30,957 nucleotides of DNA from Bdellovibrionia bacterium (lineage in GTDB: Bacteria; Bdellovibrionota; UBA1018): assembly GCA_045805065.1 (NCBI GenBank), contig JBJMMA010000180.1, positions 1-30,957 of the forward strand, in the 5' to 3' direction. Both the position numbers and the translations under genes were made by a program. The notes under the pieces were generated by a model. It did no database searches and was not told the DNA's origin. It saw only the letters and a list, made by a program, of their open reading frames with translations. Position 1 is the stretch's first letter. Every line of letters begins with the position of its first letter. This document shows, in pieces, positions 28,031-30,957 of this stretch.

Positions 28031-28302
28031 AAGGTGGTAAAAGGTGGTCGCGTACTTTGCCAAAGGTGGTCGCCTCCTTTTTGTAGCGCACCCGCAGCAG
28101 AGTCCGAAAGGCGAACAAAACAAAACGAGTAGAGAACTCAGATAAAAAACCGAGTCGTTCCCAGGCAGGACGCCGACAGGGAATGTGACAGGATGTCACA
28201 ACGAGGGTTTTTATCTGAGTTCTCTACTCGTTTTGTTTTGCTCACGTTTCAGTGAATGACGCGTGTGCGCTACCAAAAGTACGCGACCACCTTTTGGTTT
28301 AG
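28027..28302. repeat. Nested palindromic REP/REPIN-like element, copy 2, with stacked left-end motifs
   Basis: 20-bp IR 28039-28058 / 28276-28295, GTAGCGCAC / GTGCGCTAC, perfect 33-bp stem 28116-28148 / 28208-28240, and a near-identical two-hairpin core. Confidence 0.9.
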
Positions 28303-30578
28303 TAGCGCTGGCGCATGAGGAAGGTGATGACTTCCTTTGCGCACTTGTCGCAGTAGCCGAAGCGCTTCTTCATATTGCTGACGGTGAGGCGAGCCAGCTG
28401 GGCGCCCTCGCTGTCGGCTTTTCCGTTTGAGATGAGCGCTTCTTCAAGGTCTGCATCGGTATTGGCGTTGTAGACAAGAAGGGCGTCATGCATCTTGCTG
28501 AGCGTGGATTTCTGAGATTCGAAATAATGCTTCTCAAGCTTACGCCAGAAGTCCGGGAAGACTTTCGGGTAAGAGACAGGTTGGTTCGGGTGATCCAGAG
28601 ACCAGGCGCCGATCTGGGAGATGATGTTCTGGCGGAAGGCTTCTTTGGCTGAAGCGTCTTCTGGAGCCTCGACAATCTTTTCAAGCTCGTTGATGAGAGC
28701 AAAATCCGGATCTTCCATTTTACCGGTGATCTGGTTCTTCTGCTTTTCCTTCTTCAGAACAAGCGAGATCTGTTGGACGTATTTTTTGAGGAAATCTTCC
28801 CATTGAACAGAGTTATAGAGACCGATCGAGTCGCGGACTTCGCGATCAGCGGTGTTCAGATACTCCGTGCGCGCGGTGGTGATGAACTCGTGCGCGTCGT
28901 GAAAGCCATCCTTCACGTCCTGCTTGAGGAACTCGTATTCGCTGACGCGTTTGACGAATTCTTCCATCTCTCTCAAGACCGCAAGAGGCGAGAGGCAGGG
29001 GAACTCTGGGTTTTGAGCGGCGTCAAAGAGAATGGATTTCATCTCGCGAGCCGATGCGCCCATTCGTCCTTCGTAATAAGGAATGTTCGAATACTCTTCC
29101 CTGAGGCGGCGGATCGAGGCCTTCAGAAGCTTGCGATCCTCAGGCGAGAGCTGCGCAGGGATTTCACCCGTATCGTAAAGGCGAGCTTTCTCAAGCGGCG
29201 TGAGGTTTGCGACAATCGTGCTCACATTCGGTGAGTAATTGATGCTGTTTGGCTTCTTGAGGCGGGTCAGAACGGCCCAGAGAGCCACGGTTTCTGCCAC
29301 GTGCGGAGCAATGTGCTTGTCGCTTGAGAATTGATCGAGCTGCGAAGAGTAGATCTCTTTCTCAGCGCTGACTTGAAGGAGGTAAGGCACGCGGATGAGC
29401 TCGATGCGGGCCTTGAAGCTGATGAAGTCAGGGAACTCCTTGAAAGCATCCAGCTGGATCTCGTTCGTCGATCCCAGCATTACCGCATCCAGATACGCAA
29501 TACTTGAGCCAACGTTCACGGAGCCTGTTTCACAAGCGGTCAGGAGATACTTGAACGTATCCACAGGGCGCTTGAGAAGATCGGAAAATTCAACGATGCC
29601 GCGGTTGGCGTCAACCAGGTCTCCAGTGAGCGAGAAAAGATTCAGCCCCTGAAGAGAGGAGGGCAGTGCCGACATGCTGCGATTGTAAGTGAGCTGGTGA
29701 TACTGAGCATCGACATGCATCTGAGGCTCAATCGTGACAAGACCTCTGCGATATCTGCGAGCGTAGAAGAAGCGCTCGATCTGAACATGCATGAGCACTT
29801 TCTTGAAATCACCGTTATTGCTGGTGAGAAGCGCATCGAAAATCTCGCGATCGCGATGAGCCAGTTCACCGTTTTTGAGATAGTGAGGAAGCGTTTCCCA
29901 AAGCTCATTCGCTTTTTGCGTACCGATCATCTTCTCTAAGAACTGTTTACGTTGCTCTTTAGGAACGATCAGAAGCGGATGGTCTCGCAAATCCGATGGA
30001 ATGCGAGCGGCGATCTCTTCGTCCGGAAGCTTGGCGTAGCTCTGCACAGGCTCCTTGGGAGAGCCGTAGGTCGAATTGATGCCGATCTTGCCTTTGGTGT
30101 AGCTCTCCAATGGGAAAACCCAGCTGAAGGTGTAGACTGCGCCTTCGCTTTCGTTGGAGTAGCGCTCCATTCCGCCCATGAGAGCGTGAATGAGAGAGGT
30201 CTTTGCGCTGCCATTCGGGCCATGCAAAAGAAGAAGGCGATTGTTGAGGCCTTGGCGCGTGAAAGTTCTCAGTGCGCGATAGATCTGGTTCTGAACGACT
30301 TCCTGGCCAACCACTTTTCTCGCAAGGCCGTCCGCAGGGAAATCAAAAAGTTTGAAGCGCGGGGCGGAAGCTCCTTCCACCTCTTCACGTCCAAAGTGAT
30401 CCATCATATCTGCCATGTAGCGAGCTGATCCGCGAAGCTGTCTTTCGGGATGCTCTGCCATCAAGTGCAGGTATTCATCGAAGGAGAGAATCCGCTTATG
30501 GGATTCAAAATCCTTTCGAATAGATTGATCGATCGATCCGATGATTTCGCCAGCCGAGAATGTGCGTCCGTTCGCCAT
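28299..30578 (-). CDS. prkA: PrkA/YeaG family AAA+ ATPase (annotated serine protein kinase)
   Basis: LLLHGPNGSAKTS Walker A-like, DHPL, GDLVDANRGIVEFSDLLK, GASAREM and GYC..CAKEVI C-terminus. Confidence 0.88.
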   Translation of the reverse strand: MANGRTFSAGEIIGSIDQSIRKDFESHKRILSFDEYLHLMAEHPERQLRGSARYMADMMDHFGREEVEGASAPRFKLFDFPADGLARKVVGQEVVQNQIYRALRTFTRQGLNNRLLLLHGPNGSAKTSLIHALMGGMERYSNESEGAVYTFSWVFPLESYTKGKIGINSTYGSPKEPVQSYAKLPDEEIAARIPSDLRDHPLLIVPKEQRKQFLEKMIGTQKANELWETLPHYLKNGELAHRDREIFDALLTSNNGDFKKVLMHVQIERFFYARRYRRGLVTIEPQMHVDAQYHQLTYNRSMSALPSSLQGLNLFSLTGDLVDANRGIVEFSDLLKRPVDTFKYLLTACETGSVNVGSSIAYLDAVMLGSTNEIQLDAFKEFPDFISFKARIELIRVPYLLQVSAEKEIYSSQLDQFSSDKHIAPHVAETVALWAVLTRLKKPNSINYSPNVSTIVANLTPLEKARLYDTGEIPAQLSPEDRKLLKASIRRLREEYSNIPYYEGRMGASAREMKSILFDAAQNPEFPCLSPLAVLREMEEFVKRVSEYEFLKQDVKDGFHDAHEFITTARTEYLNTADREVRDSIGLYNSVQWEDFLKKYVQQISLVLKKEKQKNQITGKMEDPDFALINELEKIVEAPEDASAKEAFRQNIISQIGAWSLDHPNQPVSYPKVFPDFWRKLEKHYFESQKSTLSKMHDALLVYNANTDADLEEALISNGKADSEGAQLARLTVSNMKKRFGYCDKCAKEVITFLMRQRY

Positions 30579-30675
30579 ACTTCAATACTACCACGAGTAG
30601 GCAAACAAAGGCGACCACACGCAAAGCGTTGCCGCTTGACGCAATTGGCTAAGTCACAAAAGTGTCAAGAAAGTG

Positions 30676-30957
30676 TCAATGACCTGCCGCCTGCTTCTTT
30701 TTCTTCTTACCTTTGTGATGGCGCGAGCGACCACGCTTGCCTTTTTTAGAGGTTTTTGGCTTCTCAAAGACCATCCGCGGCTCGCTTGGATTGACCAACG
30801 GGTGCTCAACCGAATTGATGCCGTTTTGTTGGGCCGAGAGTTTGCGAATATAGTTTGCGACCGACTCGCGCATCATGATGCCCGTGTTTTTGCGATGGGT
30901 CTCAGGGATCTGATGCATTCCCCAGCCATAGTCATCGCCACCTGAGACCAGGAAATC
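30676..30957 (-). CDS. 3' end of a bifunctional metallophosphatase/5'-nucleotidase (truncated by the window edge)
   Basis: The frame is open from the window end and reads DFLVSGGDDYGWGM.., matching the DFLxxGGDGY 5'-nucleotidase C-terminal motif; basic tail. Confidence 0.7.
   Translation of the reverse strand, partial: DFLVSGGDDYGWGMHQIPETHRKNTGIMMRESVANYIRKLSAQQNGINSVEHPLVNPSEPRMVFEKPKTSKKGKRGRSRHHKGKKKKKQAAGH

Noticed and set aside
24895..28302. CRISPR array interpretation of the repeats
   Set aside because: The repeats are inverted and irregularly spaced, with no direct repeat-spacer periodicity and no cas genes.
30605..30620. AAAGGCGACCAC as another REP-like motif
   Set aside because: The match is short and lacks the CTTTT arm and self-complementarity; probably chance.

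Overview
Bacterial chromosomal window. The gene styles suggest a Bdellovibrionota/Oligoflexia-like organism, but this is inference only. The left part (1-18250) looks accessory: four secreted proteins (two share a Cys-containing N-terminal module), a GH65 phosphorylase with beta-phosphoglucomutase, DUF3820-modABC, a Zn-dependent dehydrogenase with a partner gene, and a CheB-CheR-PAS-histidine kinase hybrid. The right part is more housekeeping-like: rlmG, tRNA-His(GUG), a probable membrane protein, HAD and YdjM-like hydrolases, an RluA-family synthase, a LysR regulator, PrkA/YeaG and the 3' end of a 5'-nucleotidase. The most unusual signal is non-coding. Two ~250-bp nested palindromic elements (24895-25142 and 28027-28302) each fill the gap between convergent genes and abut CTAA stop codons. 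Each has REP-like AAAGGTGGTCGC ends, a fixed-length 33-bp stem whose differences between copies are compensated in the opposite arm, and a T-shaped cap of two GGA-loop hairpins. A solo end motif lies just upstream of an 825-aa orphan gene. No transposase or reverse transcriptase is recognisable in the window.
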